Part shown: piece by piece, positions 1 to 11,710 of the stretch | How the letters are laid out: the number at the start of each line of letters is the position of its first letter | How positions within the stretch are numbered: position 1 is the stretch's first letter | From: Octopus sinensis | Lineage: Eukaryota | Reading direction: 5' to 3' | Length of the DNA: 64,000 bases | NCBI RefSeq assembly: GCF_006345805.1 | Contig: NC_043004.1 | Coordinates: 20,894,001-20,958,000, forward strand | The notes under the pieces: model-generated | Seen by the model: only the letters and a program-made list of their open reading frames with translations | Database searches by the model: none | Told to the model about the DNA's origin: nothing | Position numbers and translations under genes: made by a program

Positions 1-1
1 C

Positions 2-4
<3 letters not shown>

Positions 5-54
<50 letters not shown>

Positions 55-55
55 G
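5..55. repeat. (AT)n microsatellite
   Basis: Direct dinucleotide run. Confidence 0.95.
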
Positions 56-529
56 AGAGTATACTGGTCCATCCTTGATCCCCATGAGGTTCCAGTAGGA
101 GCTTCTTATCCAAACAACTATGCTTGGAGCTCTAAATTGAATATGTATACTTATGTTGTCCCATGTCTTTTGAGGATCTTTTTATGAATCATTCTGTATG
201 TATCTTGTTTGATAAAGAAAGGATTGTTATTATTATCCTTATCATGATCAGTGGGGGCAGCAGCACTATCATCAGTTCTTGTTGTTACTTCTATTGTTGT
301 TTTTATCATCAAGGTTGTGAATAGGGGTTTTAGGTGACTACTTAAGCAAATGGTTACTCATATTTCAGTATGTCTAAAGAGGTTACTTTCCAATCATATC
401 GTTCACTTTCAAGACCCTACTGCCATTGCGCAACCCACTGGGCAAATGTTTTCTGCTATAGCGTGGGTCGATCAATATTAGATTGATCAATATGGAATTT
501 ACCTGACAAAATCATTACTGTGCTGGGAC

Positions 530-665
530 AAATGTTTAGTGGCATTTCATCCATTGTTACATTCTGAATTCAAATTCTGCTGAGGTCAACTTTGCGTTTC
601 ATCTTTTTGGGGTTGATAAAATAAGTACCAGCTAAATACTGAGGTGAATGTAATCGACCAACCTG
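530..665 (+). mobile_element. Degenerate SINE family 2 fragment
   Basis: ttctgaattcaaattctgctgaggtcaactttgcgtttcatc...ataagtaccag matches, in reverse complement, the family-2 copies at 9326-9561 and 11499-11710. Confidence 0.6.
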
Positions 666-1810
666 CTCACTCAAAATTTCTGGCCTTGTGCCAAAATTTG
701 AAACCAATATTGGCTATCGGGTTGATCAATGTATAAAGAATTTGGTAGACAGAAACTGAATTGAAACCCATGTCTACACATACACACACACATGCACGCA
801 CACACATACACACGCACAAACTGTTTGACCTTTCTTTAAAACTATCAATTCTAATATTAAAGGGTGAGACTCATCTTCTCTTATCTGTAAAACTAATTCT
901 ATTAAAAGAACATTTAATGTTTGCCAAGTGCATTTATTACATGTTCCACTTGGTATTTCATTCAAATTCTGAGAATTTCCTTATAAAATCTGGCATGTTC
1001 TGTTAAAAACTGTCATGATTTTTTAATTCCTGTTGCAAGTCTTTATGGAATGTAAGAAATGAGTGCAGTTTTTGCTATTGAATTTTCATACAAATGATGC
1101 AGAGGTCAAAACATTTGCAAACCTTGTTGTAGATTTGCCAAACGTTTCACTTTGCATGAAATCATTGAACTTAATAACACGAGTAAGAAGTGCAGTCAGT
1201 GGATTATAAATTGAAGCAGAAAGAGAAGGAGATGGGGATAAAGAAAGATGGAATATATAAGAAGAATGAAAGTAAAGAGTGGATTTCTATAACATCTCTG
1301 TTAACAATGTGGATAAGATTTAGGTTAACACGGATTGAGCAAACTTATGAATAAAGACAATCCAGCCATGACTATTCCAATATTTTCCAGGGTAATGTGT
1401 GAGTCCACATATACGCACACGCACACACACACATATACACGAAAAGAGAGAGAAAGAGACAGTGGGAGAGGGTGAGAGACAGACAGATAGATTAATTATA
1501 TACAGACAGATGGATTTATATACACACTGTCCAATATATCATTTCTTAAGGTAAGAGGTGGGATTTAAGAGAAGATTTGGTAATTATTTCAAGCAGATCA
1601 GACCACCATGTACAATTATCCTCATTTACTCACACATACATACACATATACATAAAATGAGAGCATGTTGTTTGAATGGGATTTGGCTTCTATTTCTAGC
1701 AAATCTACTGACTTTATAGAACGTCTTTTGTTTGTGTTTATAGAAGTTCTTTTGTAAAGAAACATGTTATTTTATGGCGATAGCCATAATTAATTATGTC
1801 CACCTTAGCA

Positions 1811-2213
1811 TACTCTTTACTCTCTTTTACTTGTTTCAGTCATTTGACTGCGGCCATGCTGGAGCACCGCCTTTAATCGAGCAATTCGATCCCGAGACTT
1901 ATTCTTTTATAAGCCCAGTACTTATTCTATCGGTCTCTTTTGCCGAACCGCTAAGTAACGGGGACATAAACACACCAGCATCGGTTGTCAAGCAATGCTA
2001 GGGGGACAAACACAGACACACATACACTCATATATATATACATATATACGACGGGCTTCTTTCAGTTTCCGTTTACCAAATCCACTCACAGAGCTTTGGT
2101 CGGCCCGAGGCTATAGTAGAAGACACTTGCCCAAGGTCCCACGCAGTGGAACTGAACCCGGAACCATGTGGTTGGTAAACAAGCTACTTACCACACAGCC
2201 ACTCCTGCGCCTG
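1811..2213 (-). mobile_element. tRNA-derived SINE family 1, near full length
   Basis: Minus strand starts caggcgcaggagtggctgtgtggtaagtagc...ggttccgggttcagttcc (A/B-box-like head), has a central (TA/TG) tract and an (AAGAGT)-like tail. Many homologous copies in the window. Confidence 0.85.
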
Positions 2214-4358
2214 TTAATTAATGTTTCAAATGTTTATATTTCAATAAATTGAAATAATAAATCTCATTTTATTGTAAACCTTGAATTTTATGCTCTTATT
2301 AACAATAACAATTAGGTTAATACTTGAGAGATAACCAAATATCAGACTGTTTCATCACTCACAATCACATACACACACACATAGTCTTTCTTTTACTTCT
2401 TTAAATCATCATATTGTAGCTTATAGGTCAACACCTAGCAAACAAATTGCCCCAGTACTTACTGTATCGATCTCTTTTGCCAAACTGCTAAATTATGGGA
2501 AATGTAAACAAACCAACATAAGTAGTCAATATTAGCTTGTGTGTGTGTGTGTGTGTGTGTGTTGGGTCATCTCCTAAATAATGTGGGTTTTTTTAAATCT
2601 AAAGTATACTCCCTTTCATTTTCTACAATGCTGTTCCATCTATCTGGTAGACTTGCAAGGCCTCTCTTCCAAATTTCACTTGTCTGTGATGAAAAATTAC
2701 TCCTACAGAATTCATATTTTTTCCATCCAAATGATTTTGAAGACTGGAATAAATGATAATCAGATAGAGCAATGTCCGGCGAATGTGGTGGGTAGGGGAT
2801 TGTTTCCCATTCAAACTGCTCCAGCCTTTGGAATGTCATCCTCACTGTATGTGGCTGAGCATTTATCCTAATGGAAAATCACCTTTCGTTTTGCAACTAA
2901 AGGTGGTCATTTTTCTTTAGCACTGACTTAAGCTACTCAAGCTGCTCACAGTAGATCTCCTTTGTTATCATTTGGCTTGAGTTTAAAAGTTCAAAGTGAA
3001 CTAAACCTTTCACATCGCACCAAACAAATAACAACACCTTATATGGATGAAAGCTTTCTTTAGCCTTGGGTTCTGGTGTTTCTCCTTTCCCTACCCACTG
3101 TTTTCAGTGCTTGACATTTTTATAGTGAACCCATTTCTCATCACCAGTTACTGTTCAGTCCAAAAAAAGGTTCATTCATGAGACGTGACATTTAAGAAGA
3201 GCACACATTCACTCTCAGCATGTGATCAGACTTGGAAAGTTTGTGAGGAAACCACTGACCCGATTTTCCGACTTTTCTGATGGCACGCAGGTGTCAATGA
3301 ATGGTTGAATGACCAAATCCAAGCTTCTCTACTAGTTCCTCAACAGTTAGGATGAGATTTTGTTCCATTAGGGTTTGTAGGATGTCCTCATTGAGTTCTA
3401 CAGATCTTCTCAGTTGAGGCACATCTTCTAGGCAGTAGTTTTTGGCTTGGAATTTCTGGAACCACCATTGACACTGACTTACGCTTATTGACCAATCCCC
3501 ATATACTGCATTAATATTCCTCACACCTTTCAATGCATTGTTGCCTTTATTGAACTTGAGCGAGAGTACAATGCCCCCTGTTGAGAATGAACTGGACCAC
3601 CACAAATTAATAGTAGCAGTCTGAGTAAATGAGGCAGTAAGTGAGATAGTTCAAATTTGGAGTTGTTCAAAGTTTGAAGTTTGAGTTAGCATGTTTGATT
3701 GTTGGTTCTTGAAAGGTTGTTGTTACATTCTGTATGGTTACTGCCATTTGTTTCGATTATATTGTTATTACACTGTTACAGTGTATTCATTAATCCATAA
3801 GGATATAACATCTGGCAACAAGGGTTGTTTGAAACTCACATTGGTTATTTGACAATTTCTCCATCATGGAAAACCTATTAGCCACCACAGTACAGCTTCA
3901 AGAGAAGTAATCGGGACAACTACGGGAGCTGCAAAAACAAATACTACAACTACAACAACAACAACAACAACAAAAACGATTGATTTACAGTCGGTGAAGT
4001 CCAAAAATCCTGTAAGCTCATTTACACCAGACAGCATGGCTAAAGTAATTTCTGAATTTCTGTATATAATATAGAGGTGGGTATTACATTTCCCACAAAT
4101 ATAAGATATGAAGAAATTTTTAACGAGTGCAAGTCATAATTGGAAGAGCAGAAAGTAAGGGTTTCACTACACAGGGTAGCTTCTGACAAACATGTGCATT
4201 ACTGTAACTTTTTTCTGCCTGAAAAGTTCAATGTGATTGCTTTCCAAGAAAGCATGGAACTGTTTCCAAAAGTAGTTTGTAGTAGAAGTTCATTACTCAA
4301 CACCAGAATGGAGTGTTAGGACTTAACAAAAAAATGAGGAGGAGGATTTTATCACCTA

Positions 4359-4722
4359 CTAGCACTATGACCCGGCAACGCCAGGTCATAGTGCTAGTGC
4401 ATGCATATACAGCTGCGTGCGTGCGCACATACACGTGAGTACTGTCCAAATCTCCGACCAATCACATACTGCTAGCTGGCATTCAATTGGCGTATCAAGT
4501 TTTGGGCATTTTGATTGGGTTTTGGATAGAAAATTCACAAAAGAGTCACTTCTATTGATTTTTTAATTGCTTTGCAGGGTGACTGGGGAAATGTTAAGAT
4601 GTGCACGACCACCCTTGAACAGTTTTGAATAACCATAGACATTGCAAGCCTTCTATCTAAAAAATTGTGGATTTGTATAAAGGACACACACACAGACATT
4701 TTGCCGTTTATATATATAGAGA
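4359..4722 (-). mobile_element. Non-autonomous Helitron (364 bp) inserted in Gypsy gag
   Basis: Minus strand begins TCTCTATATATATAAACGGCAAAATGTCTGTG and ends with a hairpin (actagcactatgacc/ggtcatagtgctagt) and CTAG. It sits between A and T with no TSD. Removal restores ATC ACC TAT GCT GGA GTT (ITYAGV). Confidence 0.9.
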
Positions 4723-5513
4723 TGCTGGAGTTGTCAACCGTATGTGTGAAAATTTCAAACTCCAGGATCTCACTCAGGATATGTTCAAATCACTTACCTT
4801 TGTGCAAGAACTTATAGCACCTGAAGACAGAGAAATTCGGTCGTGGATGATTCTCTTGTAAATGGAGCAAGTGAACTAGGTTTTACCTCTATAGACCTCC
4901 ACAGAAGAATGTCAAACTACAGTAAATCTTAAACATGATGTTTAATAATAATAAGATTAGGTTGTGTGCTGATTTCTCTACAGGACTGAATGGCTGCTCA
5001 AAAACATATCACCATCCACTCCCAACTTCAGAGGACATTTTATCAAAGTTAAATGCGGGAAAAATTTTTTCCAAATTAGATATGTCTGAAGCCTATTTAC
5101 AGATAAAAGTAATGAAAAATGCTCAAAGTATTTGGCAGTAAATACACGCAGAGGATTGTACTGATACACATGATCACCTTTTGGATTAAAAGTGGCACCA
5201 ACAATATTTCAGCAAATTATGGATACTATGCTATCTGATTGGGAATTTGCAATTCCATTCTTGGACAATATTTTGATCAAAAGTAATAGTCATGTAAAAC
5301 CAGTATGAGAAAAAGAAAGCAGACCAAACACCTTGAGATAATGCCTATGCACAAGATATAATCTTTAAAAAATGTATATGTATATAAATAAAACATTTCT
5401 TTGTTTGGAACACGAAATTTCAAAAAGTGAGATGTGTTAGAGTACACTGCTGCCTGGTGACAATGGACTGGACCACTACATATAAACAGTAGCAGACTGA
5501 GTAAGTGAGGTAG

Positions 5514-5696
5514 AGTTCTATATTTAAGCGATGAGGAATTATGTACATTATTTACATTTGACGGATATTTGTCCTCATCTTGTTTGTTGTTAACACAACG
5601 TTTCGGCTGATATACCTTCCAGCCTTCATCAGGTGTCTTGGTGAAATTTCGAACCTGTGTTTTCATTCCTAAGGTATTTTTTGATGTTATTATTGC

Positions 5697-5746
<50 letters not shown>

Positions 5747-5756
5747 CAAGCAATGA

Positions 5757-5822
<66 letters not shown>

Positions 5823-5965
5823 CAACAACATTGAAAAATACCTTAGGAATGAGAACCCAGGTCCGAAATTTCCGCAAGACACCTGATGAAAGCTGGAGGT
5901 TATATCAGCTGAAATGTGTTAACAACAAACAAGATGAGGACAAATATCCGTCAAATGTAAATAAT
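5514..5965. mobile_element. Foldback (head-to-head) Penelope-like terminal-repeat element in the Gypsy 3' LTR
   Basis: Arms 5544-5745 and 5761-5968 are reverse complements, including facing (ATT)n/(AAT)n tracts, around a 15-bp spacer. Absent from the 5' LTR. Carries a hammerhead-like core. Confidence 0.75.
5592..5637 (-). ncRNA. Minimal type-I hammerhead ribozyme-like motif (family A)
   Basis: GACAC-CUGAUGA-A-GGCUG(10 nt)CAGCC-GAAAC-GU-U-GUGUU: helix I, core, 5-bp helix II, palindromic AACGUU helix III with no loop, GUU triplet. Confidence 0.6.
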
Positions 5966-6411
5966 GTAAGTGAGGTAGTTTGTGCTAGTTCCACAGTTTG
6001 TGTGTTGATAGTTCAAAGCTGGAGTTCAAAGTATACAGTTTGAGTTAACATATTGGATTGTTGGTTCTTAAAAGATTGTTGTTATGTTCTGTGTGGTTAC
6101 TGCCGTTTGTTTCAATTATATTGTTATTACACTGTTGCAGTGTATTCGCTTATCCATAAAGATATAACAGAACTCATAAAGAAAATATGCTGAATGTGCT
6201 CCTTTGTCATTTCTATTATAAGCTTTGAAAAATATAACTGTTAATATCGAACAGCACTCTTCAAAACATGCACTAAGAATAAATACAAGGTAAACTTGCT
6301 ACCTAGTTTTATAGCAAGCTGATGCAGGTAGTTTATCCCATCCCCCTCTGACTTTTAGGTCATGCAATTGAAAATACTGCATTATTTATAGGATGACACA
6401 ATATATATATA

Positions 6412-6620
6412 TCATCATCATCATCATCATCATCATCATTGTCGTCATTTAGCATCCGCTTTCCATTCTAGCATGGGTTGGACGGTTCAACTGGGGTCTG
6501 GGAAGCCAGAAGGCTGCATCAGGCCCAGTCTGATCTGGCAGAGTTTCTACGGCTGGATGCCCTTCCTAACGCCAACCACTCCGTGAGTGTAGGTGGGTGC
6601 TTTTTACGTGCCACCTGCAC
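6412..6620 (-). mobile_element. RTE-LINE 3' UTR fragment with (CAT)n tail
   Basis: catcatc...tagcatgggttggacgg...ggatgcccttcctaacgccaaccac is shared with copies attached to RTE RT remnants elsewhere in the window. Confidence 0.75.
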
Positions 6621-6621
6621 A

Positions 6622-6730
6622 CATACACACATATATATATATATATGTATGTATATATATATGTATATATATATGTATATATATATGTATATATATATAT
6701 ATGTATATATATATATGTATATATATATAA
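6622..6730. repeat. Compound (TA)/(TATG) microsatellite
   Basis: Direct. Confidence 0.95.
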
Positions 6731-6732
6731 TG

Positions 6733-6820
6733 CTAACAGAAATACCTGGCGTTGCCCGGGTTAAAGGAAATAATGAAATTTAAAAACACTGTATAGATTA
6801 TACAGGTCTCAACTACTAGT
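6733..6820 (-). mobile_element. Helitron 3'-end fragment
   Basis: Minus strand aacccgggcaacgccaggtatttctgTTAG: the same gcaacg-loop hairpin as the 4359 element, plus a degenerate CTAG end. Confidence 0.5.
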
Positions 6821-7344
6821 AAATGAGATACCAACTTTCTACATAACTCTGCAACACATGCCAGCATGGAACATAGGCATTAAGTGAAATGTGAAAAGAA
6901 AGTTTTCAGCTCATGTATGTATATAAAGTAAAGTCTAACTTATTTTGTAACCAAAAAACGAGTACAGATTATAAACAAGGAAAGGTTGTGCATAGAGTAC
7001 ACACACTCACACACACCACACACACACACACACGCAAACAGACAGTGGAATATATCACGTTACTGTTTCACTTTTATACATACTAACATGCATGTTAGTC
7101 GAAATGTGAAAGTGTAATAGTAATACTTTAATACTCAATGATTTTACTCTTCTATCCCTGCCATAAGGCTTCATTTCCACACATTCCAGCTTAATTTAAT
7201 TTGCCCTTAGTCGAAAGACACCTGTTGTTATGTCCTGTTATTATTTTTATTGTATTTGTGTAACGTCTGTTTTTTCCGTCCTTGTTTTTGTATACATTCA
7301 CTACTTTCTTCCAAGTAATCTAATGGTCTTAGCTTAGTTTTTAG

Positions 7345-7772
7345 ACAGGCCTCTTTCGGTTTTCTCTTACCAAATTTACTCACAAGTCTTTGGTCAGCCC
7401 ATAGTAGAAGATATTTGCCCAAGGTGACACACAGTCGGAGAGAACTTGGAATCATGTGGTTGGGAAGCAAAGTTCTTACCATACAACCATGCCTGTGCCA
7501 TCTATATCTTTTATCTGTTACTTGTTTCAGTTGTTAAACTGTGGCCATGCTGGAGTACTGCCTCAAAGAATTTTTAGTAGAATATATCACCCGCAGTATT
7601 TATTTTTTTTGATGCCTGGTACTTATTCTATTGGTCTCGTTTTGCTGAACTACTAAATTATGGGGATGTAAACACACTACCACCGGTTGTCAAGTGGTAG
7701 TGGGAAGGGGGAATACATAGACACAAATGCAAATGCACACTCATGTACACACACACATACACACACACAAAC

Positions 7773-7815
<43 letters not shown>

Positions 7816-7980
7816 TTTATATAATGCACTTCTTTCAGTTTTCATCGACCAAATCTACTCCCAAGGCTTTGGTCATCCTGAGGCTATAGTAGAAGACACT
7901 TGCCCAAGGTTTCACACTGTGGGACTGAACCTGGAACCATGTGGTTGGGAAGCAAGCTTCTTACCACACAGCCATGCCTA
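7345..7980 (-). mobile_element. SINE family 1: head fragment (7345-7500) and near-full copy (7515-7980)
   Basis: Homology to 1811-2213, with an expanded internal (CA)n. Confidence 0.8.
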
Positions 7981-8633
7981 TATATAAAAGTTTAGTTCAT
8001 AACTATGAGTTTGAGAAAATATATTTGGTTTTATTTAAATGTTTCCTAAATGAATGAAAATATATCTTCTCTTCATTTATCCAGTCTTGCTTATTTTCTA
8101 ACTTCGAATATTTTATTCATTTTTTTACCTTACCTTGCGTGTACATATTATTGCATGTGTATGTTTGTATGCATGTGTGTTTACAAAGATGTGCCAAATT
8201 CGGATATTAGGGAACCAAATAGAAATCCTCGAAATTTTTGTTTTGACTCTCAGAACCGGTGGATTAGCAGTATTGATAGGGCACCAAATGATGAACTCTC
8301 TGTTTTAGCCATGTGCAATTTGCTTCTCTTGTGAAGGCATTGTCTGCAATATAACTGACATTGTTATAATGACCTTGGCTTTCCCTTTGCATTGTGGAGA
8401 AGGGAAACTTGCATGCAAAGGTGAATACTGATCTTCCTCACACACACAATTACACGTGTACATAGACACACATACACACACTGATGGATCTAATGACATA
8501 TGAGCATACACATATGAATGTGAACTTGCTTATAAACAGTAACCTTTTTCTTGCTAATGTCCATATTTATGCAGTAAACTGACAATATACATGCTTGCAC
8601 TTTATGGTGACACAACAGTTTTAACCCATTATG

Positions 8634-8875
8634 CTTTACTTGTTTCACTCATTAAACTGTGGCCATACTGGGGCACTGCCTTGAAAAATTTTTTCTCAAA
8701 TGACTTGACTCCAGTTTTGCTTTTTTTTAAGCCACGTACTTAGTCTATTGATCTCTTTTGCTGAGCCACTAAGTTACAGGAATGTAAACACACCAGCAGT
8801 AGTTGTCAAGTAGGGGTGGGGGACAAACACACACACAAACACACACACACACACATACACACACACACATACACA

Positions 8876-8913
<38 letters not shown>

Positions 8914-9599
8914 TCACACACACATGACAAGCTTCTTTTTTTCTGTTTCTGTCTACCAAATCACTCAAAAAGCTTTGGTCTGCCCAAAGCTATAATGGAA
9001 TACACTTGCCCAAGGACTGAACCCAGAATCTTATCATAAGGAAGTAAGCTTCTTATTTCTTTATTGCCCACAAGGGGCTAAACATAGAGGGAACAAACAA
9101 GGACAGACAAAGGGATTAAGTCAATTGCGAGCAACTCGTTTAGTCAAACCAGAGCTGCATTCATGCAAGAGAATGCCCTGTTTAGGTGAGACTGGAAAAG
9201 GGTTATCCACTGCATAATGCTTGAAAACAACCACACATTTAATGCTGAGCTTTGTATTCAAAGGATGAAAGGCAAAGTCAACCTCAGCAGAATTTGAACT
9301 CAGAACATAGTGGCAGATAAAATACCTATTTCTTTACTACCCTCAAGGGGCTAAACACAGAGGGAACAAACAAGGACAGACACACGGATTAAGTCGATTA
9401 CATCGACCCCAGTCCGTAACTGGTACTTATTTAATCGACCCCGAAAGGATGAAAGGCAAAGTAGACATCGGTGGAATTTGAACTCAGAACATAACAGCAG
9501 ACGAAATACCGCTAAGCATTTCGCCTGGCTTGCTAACGTTTCTACCAGCTCACCACCCTAAGAAGTAAGCTTCTTACCACACAGCCACGCCTGCACCTA
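8634..9599 (-). mobile_element. SINE family 1 copy interrupted by a SINE family 2 dimer
   Basis: Family-1 body at 8634-9055 continues at 9562-9599. Confidence 0.8.
9056..9561 (-). mobile_element. SINE family 2 head-to-tail dimer with 15-bp TSD
   Basis: TSD gaagtaagcttctta at 9041-9055 and 9562-9576. Two units (9056-9325, 9326-9561). tRNA-like head tggtgagctggtagaaacg...gttctgagttcaaattcc. Confidence 0.85.
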
Positions 9600-10117
9600 T
9601 ATATGTTTAGGTTTACCTGCTAAGTTGTTTGATTTTACTGAAATCTTGGTTTTCCATGCCGCGATATTCTACAGGTCTAACACCATGTATCTCATCATTG
9701 GGACATTTTCCTCACATTTGTTGGGTAACATTTGCTGAAATAGAACCAAAGTATTTACTGACCATTGTCAGATTTCAGTATTGCAAATACTGGTAACAAA
9801 GAATATATTTCTGAAAATCACATTTTTACAGGCTTCTTTCACATGAAAAAACTGGAAAATATGTAAAATGTAAAAATATGAGAAAAGAAGAAAAAAGGAA
9901 AGATGTTACAAAAAATAGTTGTTAAAAGGACAACCACATAGAAAATCAAGAACAAAAAATAGTTCCATCAAAACTAAAGAATACTTGACAGATGAGGAAA
10001 TGAAAGTTTTAGAGAACTTCATAGAAATGTGATTTGAAGTGGTACACCTGCTGGAGAAATTTCCTTGGTAACATTTTGCAATAATCTGAACATTATTATA
10101 GAGAAAGGAGTAATTAC

Positions 10118-10241
10118 CTGTAAATGATTGCAGAGAAATATTTCTAAACTGGTGGCTTTAGAAAACATTTTCTTGTACACTGGACCAAAAAAGTCAAAAA
10201 CAAACTGTTGTTCTGCAGGTTTTTTGTTTTCTATAAGATAT
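10118..10241 (-). CDS. Candidate internal exon of an unidentified host gene (124 nt)
   Basis: Strong acceptor tttttaatttatttaaacttttcAG and donor cag|GTAATT. Open frame YLIENKKPAEQQFVFDFFGPVYKKMFSKATSLEIFLCNHLQ, which does not resemble a TE. Protein family not recognised. Confidence 0.45.
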
Positions 10242-10266
10242 CTGAAAAGTTTAAATAAATTAAAAA

Positions 10267-11467
10267 TATTAGGTTGCCGGGTAAATTCTTTTTGATGCTA
10301 TTTGAATCAACACAAAACATATTTCTATTATTGTGTTCTGTGGTGTTTTTGTAAATTTATTCTTCTTCTACAACTTTTGTTTATTGTCTCTGACATTTGA
10401 ACAATACTGAAATAGTAGAGAGAAAAAATGAAGATTTTTGACACTTGCTTCTCTTTGCTTTCAGTCAAGGTTCCAAACCTGCCAAAGCTGCTCAAGACAG
10501 TCTTGTACAGGGAAGGCATTGTTACTAAAAAAAACTACACAGAAATGGTTTTCACATTTCAATCTTACTCTTCATGTTCTACCTGACCTGTTCAGTTCAA
10601 TTAGGAACAAATGAACAAGTTCATCCATGAGAATCCATGCATATCCACTAGGGAATTGGCCCAGCAGACGGGATGCTCTCTTGATGCCATTGTTTGTCAC
10701 CTTCACTCAATGGATGAGGTTCAAAAACTTGATGCACGAGAGCTACACACTCTGAATGAAAGAGAACCTCCAGTGCTCTTCTATCACTGCCAGTTTGCTC
10801 ACTTGACACCTGGTAGCTCATGGATACAAACAATGATTTCTTTACTGCATTGTCACTGCTGATGAGAAATAATGTTCTTATGTCATTATGAAGCAGAGGA
10901 AAGAATGGCAGGCTTCTGACAAGTGAGCGACTCATTGAGTCAAACCAGAGCTGCATTCATGCAAGAGAATGCCCTGTTTAGGTGAGACTGGAAAAGGGTT
11001 ATCCACTGCATAATGCTTGAAAACAACTACACAGTTAATGCTGAGCTTTGTATTCAACAAATGCACCAGCTCAAAGAGTCAATCCAGCCATAACAAATCA
11101 ACTGACAACACAGTGTACTTCTTTAACATGACAATGCTCACTGCCATGTTACTAATTTGGCTAAAAATGCTATTCAAAAGCTCAGTTGGCAAGTTCTACA
11201 ATACCACTTAATATTCTTCTGATATAGCTCCTTCAGATTATTACCTTTTTTGGATGTTCTTCAAAAGTCTGTGAAGCATTTGTTCAACTACAACATGCAG
11301 CTAAGTTGAGTAATTTGTATTGTCAAGGCATTGGCATGCTAGAGGAACATTGGCAACAAGTGAACAATGAAGGAGAATATATTATTGACTGATTTGTTAA
11401 AATTGGTGATGAAAAGTAGGGATTATAATGGAAAAAAAAACAAACAAATTTATCTAACAACCCAGTA
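10267..11467 (+). mobile_element. Mariner transposon (decayed, near full length)
   Basis: TA+ttaggttg left TIR and acaacccagta right end. Transposase remnants LLFAFSQGSK..KAAQ, NKFIHENPCISTRELAQQTGCS, and a YSPD-like region near 11200-11250. Confidence 0.85.
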
Positions 11468-11498
11468 GTTAAATAAAAATATCCTTCTTCTCACATAT

Positions 11499-11710
11499 TT
11501 ATTTCTTTATTGCCCATAAGGGGCTGAGCATAGAGGGGGCAAACAAAGACAGACAAAGGGATTAAGTCGATTACATCGATCCCAGTGCACAACTGGTACT
11601 TATTTAATTGACCCTGAAAGGATGAAAGGTAAAGTCAGCCTTGGTGGAATTTGAACTCAGAACATAAAGACAGATGAAATTCTGCTAAGCATTTTGCCCA
11701 GCTCGCTGCC
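11499..11710 (-). mobile_element. SINE family 2
   Basis: Colinear with 9326-9561. Confidence 0.85.

Larger units (their letters stand above)
3557..6169 (+). mobile_element. Internally deleted Ty3/Gypsy LTR retrotransposon
   Basis: 5-bp TSD GAACT (3552-3556 and 6170-6174). LTRs 3557-3810 and 5433-6169, both TG...ACA. PBS-like tctggcaacaagg at 3811 and purine tract aaaaagtgaga before 5433. Decayed gag (DFITY/AGVVNRMCENFKLQDLTQDMFKSLTFVQ) and RT (RLCADFSTGLN...FSKLDMSEAYLQI...PFGLKVAPTIFQQIMD...FLDNILI). Confidence 0.92.
2562..6401 (-). mobile_element. Mariner DNA transposon (decayed), split by a Gypsy insertion
   Basis: TIRs ttgggtcatc...aaataatg (2562) and cattatttataggatgacacaa+TA (6401). 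Transposase pieces: HTH (FNKGNNALKGVRNINAVYGD...CQWWFQKF, 3294-3556) and C-terminus (PPHSPDIALSDYHLF, 2567-2845). The 5' part resumes at 6170 and matches the copy at 58143. Confidence 0.9.

Noticed and set aside
1060-1200. Frames open on both strands with plausible splice sites
   Set aside because: Neither strand can be preferred and no homology was recognised.
5277-5886. ORFs with poly-Ile/Asn/Leu on both strands
   Set aside because: Mirror-image read-through of the palindrome and its (ATT)n/(AAT)n tracts.
5501-5978. gtaagtgaggtag on both sides of the foldback as a 13-bp TSD
   Set aside because: The uninterrupted 5' LTR already has two tandem copies (gtaaatgaggca gtaagtgagata, ~3626-3650), so the repeat is probably native LTR sequence rather than a TSD.
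7068-7115. 18-bp palindrome actaacatgcatgttagt followed by cgaaatgtg, resembling a hammerhead
   Set aside because: Helix I and helix II-like pairing exist, but the CUGANGA core is absent (tatacat).
10443-10550. Strong plus-strand acceptor ttctctttgctttcAG suggesting an exon
   Set aside because: Lies within mariner coding sequence (LLFAFSQG).
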